From NCBI GenBank assembly GCA_022749935.1, contig JAKIWQ010000006.1:3005-67004 (forward strand): a DNA stretch of 64,000 nt, in the 5' to 3' direction. Positions 1 through 8,168 of the stretch are shown here, in pieces. A program made the position numbers and the translations under genes. The notes beneath the pieces were generated by a model. That model searched no databases. It saw nothing but the letters and a program-made list of their open reading frames with translations, and was not told where the DNA came from. How positions within the stretch are numbered: position 1 is the first letter of the stretch; the number at the start of each line of letters is the position of its first letter. Source of the stretch: Thermoplasmata archaeon. Its GTDB lineage: Archaea > Thermoplasmatota > Thermoplasmata > Lutacidiplasmatales > UBA184.

Positions 1-151
1 CGCCCGGCCCCCTGGAGAGGGGTGTCGCGGATCCGGAGGGCACGAAGCTCAGGAGCTCGAGTAGCACGACGACCGTGACCAATACACCCGCGCCGACGGC
101 CGTCCGCCGTCGCGGCACCCGGTCCGATCCCTTCACGCTCAGATTGGCCAT
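1..151 (-). CDS. 5' end (about 50 aa) of a secreted or membrane-anchored protein whose body lies left of the window
   Basis: Reverse-strand ATG at 151-149 gives MANLSVKGSDRVPRRRTAVGAGVLVTVVVLLELLSFVPSGSATPLSRGPG..., a basic n-region followed by a hydrophobic core. The frame is open to the window edge. It is absent from the ORF track because no stop lies in the window. Confidence 0.35.
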   Translation of the reverse strand, partial: MANLSVKGSDRVPRRRTAVGAGVLVTVVVLLELLSFVPSGSATPLSRGPG

Positions 152-423
152 CGTCGTTCCTGGCAACGGGGGGCATCCCTTAGGGGGTTATCAATCCAGA
201 TGTATAACCGCGGGGGCGCGGTGGTCGTCCAAAGGGTCTCACTTCACCCTCCACGCAGGCTCCCAACCGTCTCAGGCGACGGGAATCCGCCCGGAAGTGC
301 CGTGCGACGGAGCGAAGGAGGTAATCGGCGCGGCGCCCACCCCGTCGGGGCCCAATCCCGGGAACCGCGCCGGTGGTCTGTCCGAAGCGTGCGACCCCGA
401 TCGGGCATGCCGTCACGGTTTCT

Positions 424-437
424 CAAGCGATCGCTTG
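424..437. repeat. Perfect 14-bp palindrome CAAGCGATCGCTTG inside a long non-coding gap; function unknown
   Basis: Read directly from the sequence. It lies about 180 nt upstream of the 617 start and about 270 nt upstream of the divergent 151 start. Confidence 0.5.
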
Positions 438-585
438 CCTACGTCCGACAGCTCGCCCACCGAACGACCCAGGCGGCAGGAATTTCGAGCCGGGCGTCCG
501 TCAGTTCTTTCGCTCTGCCTAATCGGCCGCTCACCTGGTCCGATGAGGAAGACCCGCGAAACGCCCTGCGTAAGTTGGCCGAAGC

Positions 586-593
586 CGAATAAG
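586..593 (+). promoter_or_regulatory. TATA-like box (CGAATAAG) for the FAD/Rieske oxidoreductase gene
   Basis: A/T-rich octamer centred about 27 nt upstream of the ATG at 617 in otherwise GC-rich DNA. The same spacing recurs at many first genes in this window. Confidence 0.35.
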
Positions 594-616
594 GCGGAGG
601 TCGTTCGGTCGTTCCG

Positions 617-2182
617 ATGCCCGAGGGCAGTTCGCCTCCTTGGAACACGGAGGTCCCGTCACCGGACTATCCCGCCCTTGCGGCCAATCTGGAGGTGGAT
701 GTCGCCGTCGTGGGCGCAGGGATCACGGGGCTTACCGGCGCGTACCTCGCGGTTCGTGCCGGGAAGTCCGTCGCGGTCCTCGAACGGGGCTCGATCGCCG
801 GAGGGGAGACGGGCCGAACCACCGGATTCCTGACCGCCGTCCTCGACGCCCGCCTCATCGACCTCATCGCCGTTCACGGTCAACAAGGCGCGCGCGCCGC
901 CTGGGACAGCAGTGCGAAGGGGATCGAGTTGATCGAGACCCAGGCACGAGAAGAAGGCATCGAGTGTGAATTTCGCCGGGTCGATGCCTACCTCTACGGG
1001 CCAAGAGCCAAGGACCGGCGGCTTCTGGCACGAGAGTCTCGTTGGGCCATCACGTTCGGGTACCCGGTCGATTCGATCGACCCCGGAGAGATTCCCTTCC
1101 CGAGTCAGGCCGTCCTACGCGTCCCGGCCCAGGGGCGGATCCATCCCTCGAAGTACATGCAAGGGTTGGCTCGGGCGATCGTCCGGCGGGGTGGCGAGGT
1201 CTACGAAAACACCAATATCTCGCGGCTGAACCCGCGTCGCAACGGCCAGCATCCGGGCGCGGTTCTGACGGATGGTCACGGCCGAACCGTAACGGCCGGG
1301 ACCATCCTCTTGTCCAACAACGCCCCCTTTGTGGACAAGCGGCGAATGTACGCGCGACTGCGCGCCTGCCGATCGTACGCCATGAGAGCTCCCGTTTCGC
1401 GCGGTTCGTTTCCCGAGGGTCTTTTCTGGAACACCCTCGACCCGTACGACTATGCGCGCGTCGACGCGGGATCTCGCAGCGATTCGCTCATCCTGGGCGG
1501 CGCCGACCACGCGGTCGGCCAGGTCGGGGCACCGGAGAAAGCTCAGTCGAAGGTGACGGCGTACTGGGATCGGGTCGTCGGCTCCCGTCCGACCGGCCCG
1601 GTCCGCTGGTCGGGTGAGATTCTGAACAGTGAGGACGGCCTTCCCTTCATCGGGACCAACCCGGGAAGTCCGACTCGGGAGATGATCGCGATGGGGTTCG
1701 GCGGGAACGGACTCACGTTGGGGACCCCGGCCGGTTGGATGTTCTGCGAGCGCCTGTTGGGTCGGACCACGCCGTGGGACCAGGTCTACGACCCCGCACG
1801 GCGAACGGTCTCGACCGCCGGCACCGGCCTCGCCCACGTTCCACGCGCTCCGGCACATCGGGAGACGCGGGCGGTCCGGTCTCCGCGCGAGATCGCCGTC
1901 GGAGAGGGTGCCTGGTACTCCCAAGGCGGCCGTCGCCTGGGGGTCTACCGGGAGAGTGGGCAGACGTTTCGCGCGACCGACGCCCAGTGCACGCACCTCG
2001 GATGCTCGGTGGAATGGAACCCGGTGGAACGAAGCTGGGACTGTCCCTGTCACGGGTCCCGGTTTGACACCCATGGCGGGGTCCTGGACGGGCCCGCGAG
2101 TCGGCCGCTCGTTTCTGTCGAGCTCGAACTCGCTCGCCCTCTCACCCGCCGCCTTCGAAAGGGACCCGCCCGCGAGGGCTGA
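617..2182 (+). CDS. FAD-dependent oxidoreductase (DAO-like) fused to a C-terminal Rieske [2Fe-2S] domain
   Basis: N-terminal dinucleotide fold VAVVGAGITGLTGAYL. C-terminal Rieske signature CTHLGCSVEW...(x)...CPCHGSRFD. 521-aa ORF. Confidence 0.85.
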   Translation: MPEGSSPPWNTEVPSPDYPALAANLEVDVAVVGAGITGLTGAYLAVRAGKSVAVLERGSIAGGETGRTTGFLTAVLDARLIDLIAVHGQQGARAAWDSSAKGIELIETQAREEGIECEFRRVDAYLYGPRAKDRRLLARESRWAITFGYPVDSIDPGEIPFPSQAVLRVPAQGRIHPSKYMQGLARAIVRRGGEVYENTNISRLNPRRNGQHPGAVLTDGHGRTVTAGTILLSNNAPFVDKRRMYARLRACRSYAMRAPVSRGSFPEGLFWNTLDPYDYARVDAGSRSDSLILGGADHAVGQVGAPEKAQSKVTAYWDRVVGSRPTGPVRWSGEILNSEDGLPFIGTNPGSPTREMIAMGFGGNGLTLGTPAGWMFCERLLGRTTPWDQVYDPARRTVSTAGTGLAHVPRAPAHRETRAVRSPREIAVGEGAWYSQGGRRLGVYRESGQTFRATDAQCTHLGCSVEWNPVERSWDCPCHGSRFDTHGGVLDGPASRPLVSVELELARPLTRRLRKGPAREG

Positions 2183-2280
2183 GGGGCCGTCCTGCGAGAC
2201 CGCTTCGCCCACGAGGGTTCGGGACGGGTAGGGCTCCAATACTCCCCCCGCCTCACCCGAGGCGAGAGGTCTACCCGATC

Positions 2281-2931
2281 ATGACGTCCAATCCGGAAAC
2301 CAAGAATCCCGGCCTGCAAGCCGCCATCGCGTCGCGTCGCTCGACCTTCACGGAAGGAGAGTTGCGCAAGTTCGAGGGGTACATGGCCGAGATCTTCACC
2401 GCGTTCGGTCTCGACTTGAAGACCCCCGGCACGGAGGCCACTCCCCGCCGGTTCATTCGGGCCCTCATCGACTCCACCGAGGGGTACGAAGGGGACCCAA
2501 AGTTGCTCACCGCCTTCCGAACCGAATGCCGCGGGGGCCGGGAATGCGAACTGAACCAGGTGGTGGAAGGACCGATCCAATTCTTCTCGCTGTGTGAGCA
2601 CCACGCCCTGCCCTTTCACGGGAAGGTCTACGTCGGCTACATCGCGCACGAGGAGATCATCGGCCTGTCCAAGCTGACCCGGCTCGTCCGGCTGTTCGCT
2701 CGCCGGTTCACGGTGCAAGAACGGATGGGACAACAGATCGTCGACACGCTCGAGTCGCTCCTCCACCCCCACGGGGTGGCCGTCTACCTCGACGCGCACC
2801 ACCTGTGCACGCAGATGCGGGGCGTCCGGGAGGTCATCCCTTCGACGCGGACGACCATGTGGCGAGGACAGTACGCCGAATCGTCGTCCCTACGTTCGGA
2901 GTTCATGTCGATCTGCGGTGCCCACCCGTGA
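2281..2931 (+). CDS. folE: GTP cyclohydrolase I (type IA, FolE)
   Basis: 216 aa with FFSLCEHHALPFHGKVYVGYI and LSKLTRLVRLFARRFTVQERM, the characteristic FolE zinc/active-site core. Confidence 0.9.
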   Translation: MTSNPETKNPGLQAAIASRRSTFTEGELRKFEGYMAEIFTAFGLDLKTPGTEATPRRFIRALIDSTEGYEGDPKLLTAFRTECRGGRECELNQVVEGPIQFFSLCEHHALPFHGKVYVGYIAHEEIIGLSKLTRLVRLFARRFTVQERMGQQIVDTLESLLHPHGVAVYLDAHHLCTQMRGVREVIPSTRTTMWRGQYAESSSLRSEFMSICGAHP

Positions 2932-3806
2932 ACCCGCTCGACCCACTCAAGATCCTCTTCGACGAGCCGCGGGGTCGCCGGCTCCCCGTGCCCCGGCCGC
3001 TCTCTCGCGTGTACGGACCGCTCCGGTTTCCCCTCTCGTCGAAGAAACCCTACGTCCTCGGCAACTTCGCGACCACCCTCGACGGCGTCGTGTCGCTCGG
3101 GGTCCCGGGGGCGTCCGGGGGCGGGGAGATCACCGGCTTCGACCCGCACGACCGATTGTTGATGGGTCTGCTCCGGGCCGCCTCGGACGCCGTGGTCGTC
3201 GGGGCCGGAACGCTGAGGGCGGTCCCGCGGCACCTGTGGACGGCCGAACACGTCTACCCGACCATGGCCCCCCAGTTCGCGGAGTTCCGCCGCCGGTTGG
3301 GGAAGGCACCCACCCCGCTCAACGTGGTCGTCACGGCGTCGGGCCGAGTCGACCTCGCGCTGCCGGTGTTTTCTTCGGGGAAAGTGCGAGTCCTGATCGT
3401 AACGACGCACCGCGGAGCCCAGCGCCTCCGTGGGGCCAAGTCCCTACCCGACGTCGATGTAGCCGCGGTGGGTCGGACCGGCCCGTTGCGCGCGAAGGCG
3501 GTCCTCCGCGCCGTAGCCCTCACGGGTCGGCACAAGATCGTCCTCGTCGAGGGCGGACCGCACTTGATCGGAGATTTCTTCGGAGAGGGTGCCCTGGACG
3601 AGCTGTTCCTCACGCTCTCGCCCCAGATTGCGGGGAGGCGGGACGCGGCCACTCGCCCCGGTATGGTCGCCGGCCGGCTCTTTGCTCCCGAACATCCCCT
3701 TTGGGGGTCGTTGGTCGGGGTCCGGCGGGGAGCGAGCGCACTCTTCCTTCGGTTCAAATTCCCCGGGCGTTCACCGGCGAGCGCCCGACCTCGATCGCGC
3801 GAATAG
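2928..3806 (+). CDS. RibD C-terminal domain / dihydrofolate-reductase-like family reductase
   Basis: LGNFATTLDGVVSLG...LLMGLLRAASDAVVVGAGTLR...IVLVEGGPHLIGDFF is typical of RibD_C/DHFR-like proteins. I place the start at GTG 2928, a GTGA overlap with the folE stop; the ORF track start at 2805 would overlap folE by 127 nt. Confidence 0.7.
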   Translation: MNPLDPLKILFDEPRGRRLPVPRPLSRVYGPLRFPLSSKKPYVLGNFATTLDGVVSLGVPGASGGGEITGFDPHDRLLMGLLRAASDAVVVGAGTLRAVPRHLWTAEHVYPTMAPQFAEFRRRLGKAPTPLNVVVTASGRVDLALPVFSSGKVRVLIVTTHRGAQRLRGAKSLPDVDVAAVGRTGPLRAKAVLRAVALTGRHKIVLVEGGPHLIGDFFGEGALDELFLTLSPQIAGRRDAATRPGMVAGRLFAPEHPLWGSLVGVRRGASALFLRFKFPGRSPASARPRSRE

Positions 3807-3876
3807 GGGCGCGAGGGGAGCGGGGTCGGCTCCTCCAGGCCCGGGGGACCTTCCCCAGCCTCCGGCCTCTCCGCGA

Positions 3877-3884
3877 GATTATCT
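3877..3884 (+). promoter_or_regulatory. TATA-like box (GATTATCT) in front of the Cys-rich mini-ORF
   Basis: Centred about 26 nt upstream of the ATG at 3907. It is the only A/T-rich patch in the 100-nt intergenic stretch. Confidence 0.4.
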
Positions 3885-3906
3885 ACCCCGTCCCCATCGG
3901 CGCGAC

Positions 3907-4026
3907 ATGGCCCCGATTGGCCCCGCCTGCGCGTGCTGCGCGTGCACGGCCTGCTGCAAGTGTTGCGCGTGTTGCTCGGTTGGCAGCAACTGCTGCGACA
4001 CGTGCGTCCCCTCGACCCACCGGTGA
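3907..4026 (+). CDS. 39-aa cysteine-rich peptide, metallothionein-like (candidate)
   Basis: ATG at 3907 translates to MAPIGPACACCACTACCKCCACCSVGSNCCDTCVPSTHR, with 13 Cys in 39 aa arranged as CC / CxC motifs. It has its own TATA-like box at leaderless spacing and sits in an otherwise empty gap between two convergent genes. Confidence 0.45.
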   Translation: MAPIGPACACCACTACCKCCACCSVGSNCCDTCVPSTHR

Positions 4027-4125
4027 CCTAGGCACTATCCGGACGCCCGCCGCCCCCGACCGGAACGGCAGCCCGATTCATCGAGGGTCTTACGTTAGGA
4101 AGGAGGAGGTCCGCGGGGGCCCGTC

Positions 4126-4866
4126 TCAATATCCGTCGAACTCTTCGGCCCGGATGTTCTCTTCTGCGACGCGCTCTGCGCGGAGCATCGTCTGGAGTTC
4201 ACGAACGAGGCCCGGCGGCCCGGCGACGTAGTGCACCGGAGTCCCGGACGTCGGAGCGTGTCGGGCCATCATGGACGGGTCGATCCGCCCCCGCTCGCCC
4301 TTCCAGGGACGATGGGACTTTTCCATGGCCGTCATCGTGGCCACCAGGTGGAAGTTCGGGTGGGTTCGCCCGAGTGCCTCGAGTTCTTGCACGTACGGGG
4401 CATCCTCGGGGCGGCGGTTCGAGTAGAAGAGAGTCAGTTCGTGGCGCAGCTTACGGTGGGTCGCATCGAGGGCGATGCTGCGGAAGGGCGTGATCCCGAT
4501 CCCTCCCGCCAAGAAGACGGCCGGTCGCGCCTCATCCGAGTGCAGTACCAGGTCTCCGAACGGGCCGACGATCGTGAGCTCGGTTCCGAGCGGCATGGCG
4601 GCCAGGTTTCGCTTGAATGCGGTGTCCCGCATCCGGGTCGCGATCATGAGGAACGGTTCGTGAGGGGGGCTGGCGATCGTAAACGGCCGAGTGTCCCCCT
4701 CCGCGTCGGTCTCCGTTGGGGAGCGAAGGGTGACCTCCATGAATTGGCCGGCCCGGAATTCGAACCCCGAAGGTCGCTCGAATTGGAAGGCCCACGTCCG
4801 CTCGGCCACCTCGTGCCGCCGAAGCAATCGGGACGTGTGTTTCACCGGAGACGGTTCCGGGCTCAT
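4126..4866 (-). CDS. FNR-type FAD/NAD(P)-binding oxidoreductase (ferredoxin reductase-like)
   Basis: RPFTIAS flavin-binding motif and FLAGGIGITPFRS NAD(P)-binding motif. 246 aa. SD GGAGGGAACG immediately upstream of the ATG. Confidence 0.8.
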   Translation of the reverse strand: MSPEPSPVKHTSRLLRRHEVAERTWAFQFERPSGFEFRAGQFMEVTLRSPTETDAEGDTRPFTIASPPHEPFLMIATRMRDTAFKRNLAAMPLGTELTIVGPFGDLVLHSDEARPAVFLAGGIGITPFRSIALDATHRKLRHELTLFYSNRRPEDAPYVQELEALGRTHPNFHLVATMTAMEKSHRPWKGERGRIDPSMMARHAPTSGTPVHYVAGPPGLVRELQTMLRAERVAEENIRAEEFDGY

Positions 4867-5073
4867 CGTTCCCTCCGTTCCTTCCCACGCTGACGAGTGG
4901 ACGCCTCACGCACCGGCTGACTATGAACGTTGGTGCCGTCGGCCGGGGTACCCTGCCCTGTGGGCGACCACGAGGATTCCGGCACCACCCGCGGAGGAGG
5001 GGAAACGGTCCGGAGGCGACGGTCGTCCCACCCCCGGAGGCTTAACCGAATCGCGGCCTCCCTGCCCTGGGCC

Positions 5074-5853
5074 ATGAAATCGACCACGGGCCGGAGTCCC
5101 CCACGGATACTCATCCTCGACATCGGCGGGAGCCACGTCAAGGCCTCCTTCTCGGACCACCCGAGCCGTCTCCGCATCGTTTCCGGGCCGACGATGACCC
5201 CCGGGCGAATGGTCCGTCTGCTCAAACCCCACCTCCAGGGGCACGTCTACGATGTGGTGGCGATTGGGTATCCGGGCCTCGTCTCGCAAGGTCAGATCGT
5301 CCGAGAACCCCACAACCTCGGAACGGGGTGGGTGGGGTTCGACTTCGAACGGGCCTTCGCCCGTCCGACGCGGGTCCTCAACGATGCGGCCATGCAGGCC
5401 CTCGGAAGCTATCGTCGGGGTCATTCGCTTTTCTTGGGCCTCGGGACGGGCCTCGGCTCGGCCATGGTCCTCGACGGAAGGGTCCAGCCGATGGAGCTCG
5501 CACATCTGCCGTACAAGAAAGGGAGGACGTTCGAGGACTACGTCGGGGAAGCCGCTCTGGAGCGGTACGGCCGGAAGCGTTGGGAGAAGGAGGTCCACGA
5601 CGTGGTCGAGATCCTCGTGGCCGCTCTCGAGCCGGACGACGTCGTCCTGGGCGGCGGGAACGTCCGAAGGATCAAGCAGCTTCCGCCCGGTACCCGCGCC
5701 GGCAACAATCGAAACGCCTTCGTCGGAGGAATCCGCGTCTGGCGGGACGCCGCCGAATGGTCTGAGCTCATCGGGAAGTCCGTGCCCGTGAAGCGCACCT
5801 CCCCGCCTCCGGTCCGGGCCGCTCGGAAGTCGAAGCGCTCGGGCCGACGCTGA
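5074..5853 (+). CDS. ROK-family sugar kinase (polyphosphate/ATP glucokinase-like)
   Basis: ILILDIGGSHVK (phosphate-1), NDAAMQALG and FLGLGTGLGSAMV motifs. Start trimmed to the in-frame ATG at 5074; the track ORF begins at 4930. Confidence 0.75.
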   Translation: MKSTTGRSPPRILILDIGGSHVKASFSDHPSRLRIVSGPTMTPGRMVRLLKPHLQGHVYDVVAIGYPGLVSQGQIVREPHNLGTGWVGFDFERAFARPTRVLNDAAMQALGSYRRGHSLFLGLGTGLGSAMVLDGRVQPMELAHLPYKKGRTFEDYVGEAALERYGRKRWEKEVHDVVEILVAALEPDDVVLGGGNVRRIKQLPPGTRAGNNRNAFVGGIRVWRDAAEWSELIGKSVPVKRTSPPPVRAARKSKRSGRR

Positions 5854-5950
5854 CCCTCCCCCGATGCGTTCCGGCGCGCCTCTCGCCGACGTGAGCCCTC
5901 CCCCCGGAGGGGAATCGCCGGGGTCCGCGACCCCCTGGGACCTCCAGCGA

Positions 5951-6700
5951 CTAGGAGGAGAGCAGACCTTTCGAGAGGTGGCTCGCCGCCGACCGGTTCA
6001 GGAACCACCGGACCGATCCGGCCGAACGGATGCGACTCGCTGGCAAGTTCGGATTCCCCGGCGGGCGGGCTCGAAGGACGCGGGCCACGACGTCGGCCTT
6101 CTCCTCGCCCGCCACCAAGAAGAGGACTTCCCTCGAGGACGCGAACGCGGGGAGCGTCAGGGTCAGTCGGGGAACCCAGGGAGGTTGGCCGGACCGCCGG
6201 AGGGCAACAACCGTTCGTTGTCGCTCCCGGAGAGCCGAAGAACCCGGGAAGAGCGAGGCCGTGTGGCCGTCCGGGCCGATCCCCAGCACGACCAGGTCGA
6301 ACCGAACGCCGGTTCCGTCCCCTCGAAGAGCGAGCCGGTCCAGGAGTCGACGGTAGGTCGCCGCCGCCTCGGACGGCGGCCGAACCTCCCCGCGAAGTCG
6401 GTGGACCCGACCGGCGGGAATCGGCACATGACGCAGGAGCGCGTCCCGCGCCATGGAATAGTTGCTCAAGGGGCTGCCGGCCGGTACGCAGCGCTCGTCG
6501 CCGAAGAACACCTCGGATTCCCTCCAGGGAAAGTCGGTCTGGTATCGCTCGGCCAACTTCCGATAGAGTCCCTCGGGAGTGTGACCGCCCGCCAGGACCC
6601 AGGTGAACCGGCCCCGCGCGGCGACCGCGTCCCGCGCGCGCTCGGCCACGTGCCGGGCCGCGCCCGAGCTCAGCGTCGCGAGGCTGGAGAAGACCCGCAC
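5951..6700 (-). CDS. pgl: 6-phosphogluconolactonase
   Basis: WVLAGGHTPEGLY and LVVLGIGPDGHTASLFPGS motifs. 249 aa from GTG 6700, 8 nt downstream of the zwf stop. The upstream part of the 593-aa track ORF is an alternative frame of zwf. Confidence 0.85.
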   Translation of the reverse strand: MRVFSSLATLSSGAARHVAERARDAVAARGRFTWVLAGGHTPEGLYRKLAERYQTDFPWRESEVFFGDERCVPAGSPLSNYSMARDALLRHVPIPAGRVHRLRGEVRPPSEAAATYRRLLDRLALRGDGTGVRFDLVVLGIGPDGHTASLFPGSSALRERQRTVVALRRSGQPPWVPRLTLTLPAFASSREVLFLVAGEEKADVVARVLRARPPGNPNLPASRIRSAGSVRWFLNRSAASHLSKGLLSS

Positions 6701-6708
6701 TCGGCGGT

Positions 6709-8166
6709 CTACTCCGGATTCCACCGGTGCCCCCACTCCTCCACGAGGCGCTTCGCCGCGGCCGGGCCGTCGGAACCCGCGGGGTAGAACACCACGGGTG
6801 GGGGATGGTCGAGGATCGGAGTGTAGAGGCGCCAGGACTCCTCGACCTCGTCCGCCCGGACGAAGAGGTTCGCGTCGCCGAGCATCACGTCCTGAATGAG
6901 GGCCTCGTACCCGTCCGGAAGGACCCCGAAGACGTCGGAGTAGTGGAACTTCATCCGGTGCGTCTGGACCCGCATCTCCCGGCCCGGGACCTTGATCTCG
7001 AACGCGATCTCGAACCCCTCGTCGGGTTGGAGCAGGATGGTGACGCGGTCCGGGCTCAGCTCGTACTCCGATTCGGACTGGAAGAACGAGACCGGAGGGG
7101 CTCGGAACGTGAGGACCACTTGGCTGGACTTGGCCGGAAGCCGCTTCCCCGTCCGGACGAAGAACGGGACGTCCTTCCACCGCCAGTTCGGGATCTTGAG
7201 CCGGAGGGCCAGGTAGGTTTCGGTGTCCGAGTCCGGAGCGACCCCCGTCTCCTCGCGGTATCCCGGGACGGAGACCCCATCCACGGTCCCCCGCGTGTAC
7301 TGCCCCCGGACCACGTCCCCCGGCTCGATCCGCCGGATGCTCCGGAGCACCTTGACCTTCTCGTCGCGGATCTCGTCCTCGGTCCGGTGCGCCGGCGGTT
7401 CCATCGCGACCAGGGTGAGTACCTGGGTGACGTGGTTCTGGATCATGTCCCGCAGCGCGCCGGAGGTCTCGTAGTAGTTCGCCCGACCCTCGACGCCGAG
7501 GCTCTCGGCCACGGTGATCTCCACCTTCTCCACCCGGTCGCGGTTCCAATCCGACTCGACGAACGCGTTGGCGAATCGGAACACCAACAGGTTCTGGACC
7601 GTCTCCTTCCCGAGATAGTGGTCGATGCGGTAGAGCTGCTTCTCCTGAAAGTAGGTGTGCGCCAGCGCGTTGAGTGCTTCTGCCGACGCGAGATCCCGCC
7701 CGAACGGCTTCTCGACGACCACCCGGGTCCACCCGGGCCCGTGATTCAGACCGGCGGTGCCCAATCCTTGCAACGTCGGTCCGAACGCCTCGAGGGGCAG
7801 CGCGAGGTAGAAGATCCGGTTTCCCGACAATCCATGGGCCGCCTCGACCTGTTCGATCCGGGTCCGGAGGCCCGGGTAGGTTTCGGGACCCCCGGCCGCC
7901 AACCCTTGGTAGAAGAGCGTCTGGTCGCAGAACGCGCGGATCGCGTCTTCCGGGCCCGCCTTTTCGCCGACGAGGGAACTCGCGGCGCTCCCCCGGAAGG
8001 ACGCGTCGTCGAACGGGTGACGGGCCACGCCGAGAATGAGGCTCCCCGCGGGAAACTTCCCCTGCTGATGGAGGTGGAAAAGTGCCGGGAGGAGCTTTCG
8101 CTGCATGAGGTCCCCCGTCGCCCCGAAGACCACGAACAGGTGGGGCTGGGCGGCGGGGTCCGGCAT
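6709..8166 (-). CDS. zwf: Glucose-6-phosphate 1-dehydrogenase (canonical bacterial/eukaryotic type)
   Basis: FVVFGATGDLMQRKL NADP motif and the YRIDHYLGKETVQNL active-site signature. 485 aa from ATG 8166, 2 nt after the gnd stop. Confidence 0.92.
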   Translation of the reverse strand: MPDPAAQPHLFVVFGATGDLMQRKLLPALFHLHQQGKFPAGSLILGVARHPFDDASFRGSAASSLVGEKAGPEDAIRAFCDQTLFYQGLAAGGPETYPGLRTRIEQVEAAHGLSGNRIFYLALPLEAFGPTLQGLGTAGLNHGPGWTRVVVEKPFGRDLASAEALNALAHTYFQEKQLYRIDHYLGKETVQNLLVFRFANAFVESDWNRDRVEKVEITVAESLGVEGRANYYETSGALRDMIQNHVTQVLTLVAMEPPAHRTEDEIRDEKVKVLRSIRRIEPGDVVRGQYTRGTVDGVSVPGYREETGVAPDSDTETYLALRLKIPNWRWKDVPFFVRTGKRLPAKSSQVVLTFRAPPVSFFQSESEYELSPDRVTILLQPDEGFEIAFEIKVPGREMRVQTHRMKFHYSDVFGVLPDGYEALIQDVMLGDANLFVRADEVEESWRLYTPILDHPPPVVFYPAGSDGPAAAKRLVEEWGHRWNPE

Positions 8167-8168
8167 CC

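Noticed and set aside
407-592. 61-aa ORF MPSRFLKRSLAYVRQLAHR... inside the non-coding gap
   Set aside because: Third-position GC is only about 68%, against roughly 85% in a stretch of zwf I counted. There is no TATA-like box or SD at a suitable distance, and it overlaps the palindrome.
200-616. Possible SRP RNA or RNase P RNA in the long non-coding gap
   Set aside because: I could not find the universal GAGGAAAGUCC (RNase P CR-I; only GAGGAAGACCC at 545-555) or the SRP helix-8 GGAAG(G)GAGCA motif on either strand. It is kept only as an unexplained region in the findings.
3920-3990. The Cys-rich segment as a mere GC-rich simple-sequence repeat (GCGTGCTGC-like)
   Set aside because: Not fully rejected, but the DNA is not a strict tandem repeat. 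It mixes TGC/TGT and other codons, is bounded by an ATG and a stop, and has a correctly spaced TATA-like box. I therefore report it as a candidate CDS with moderate confidence.
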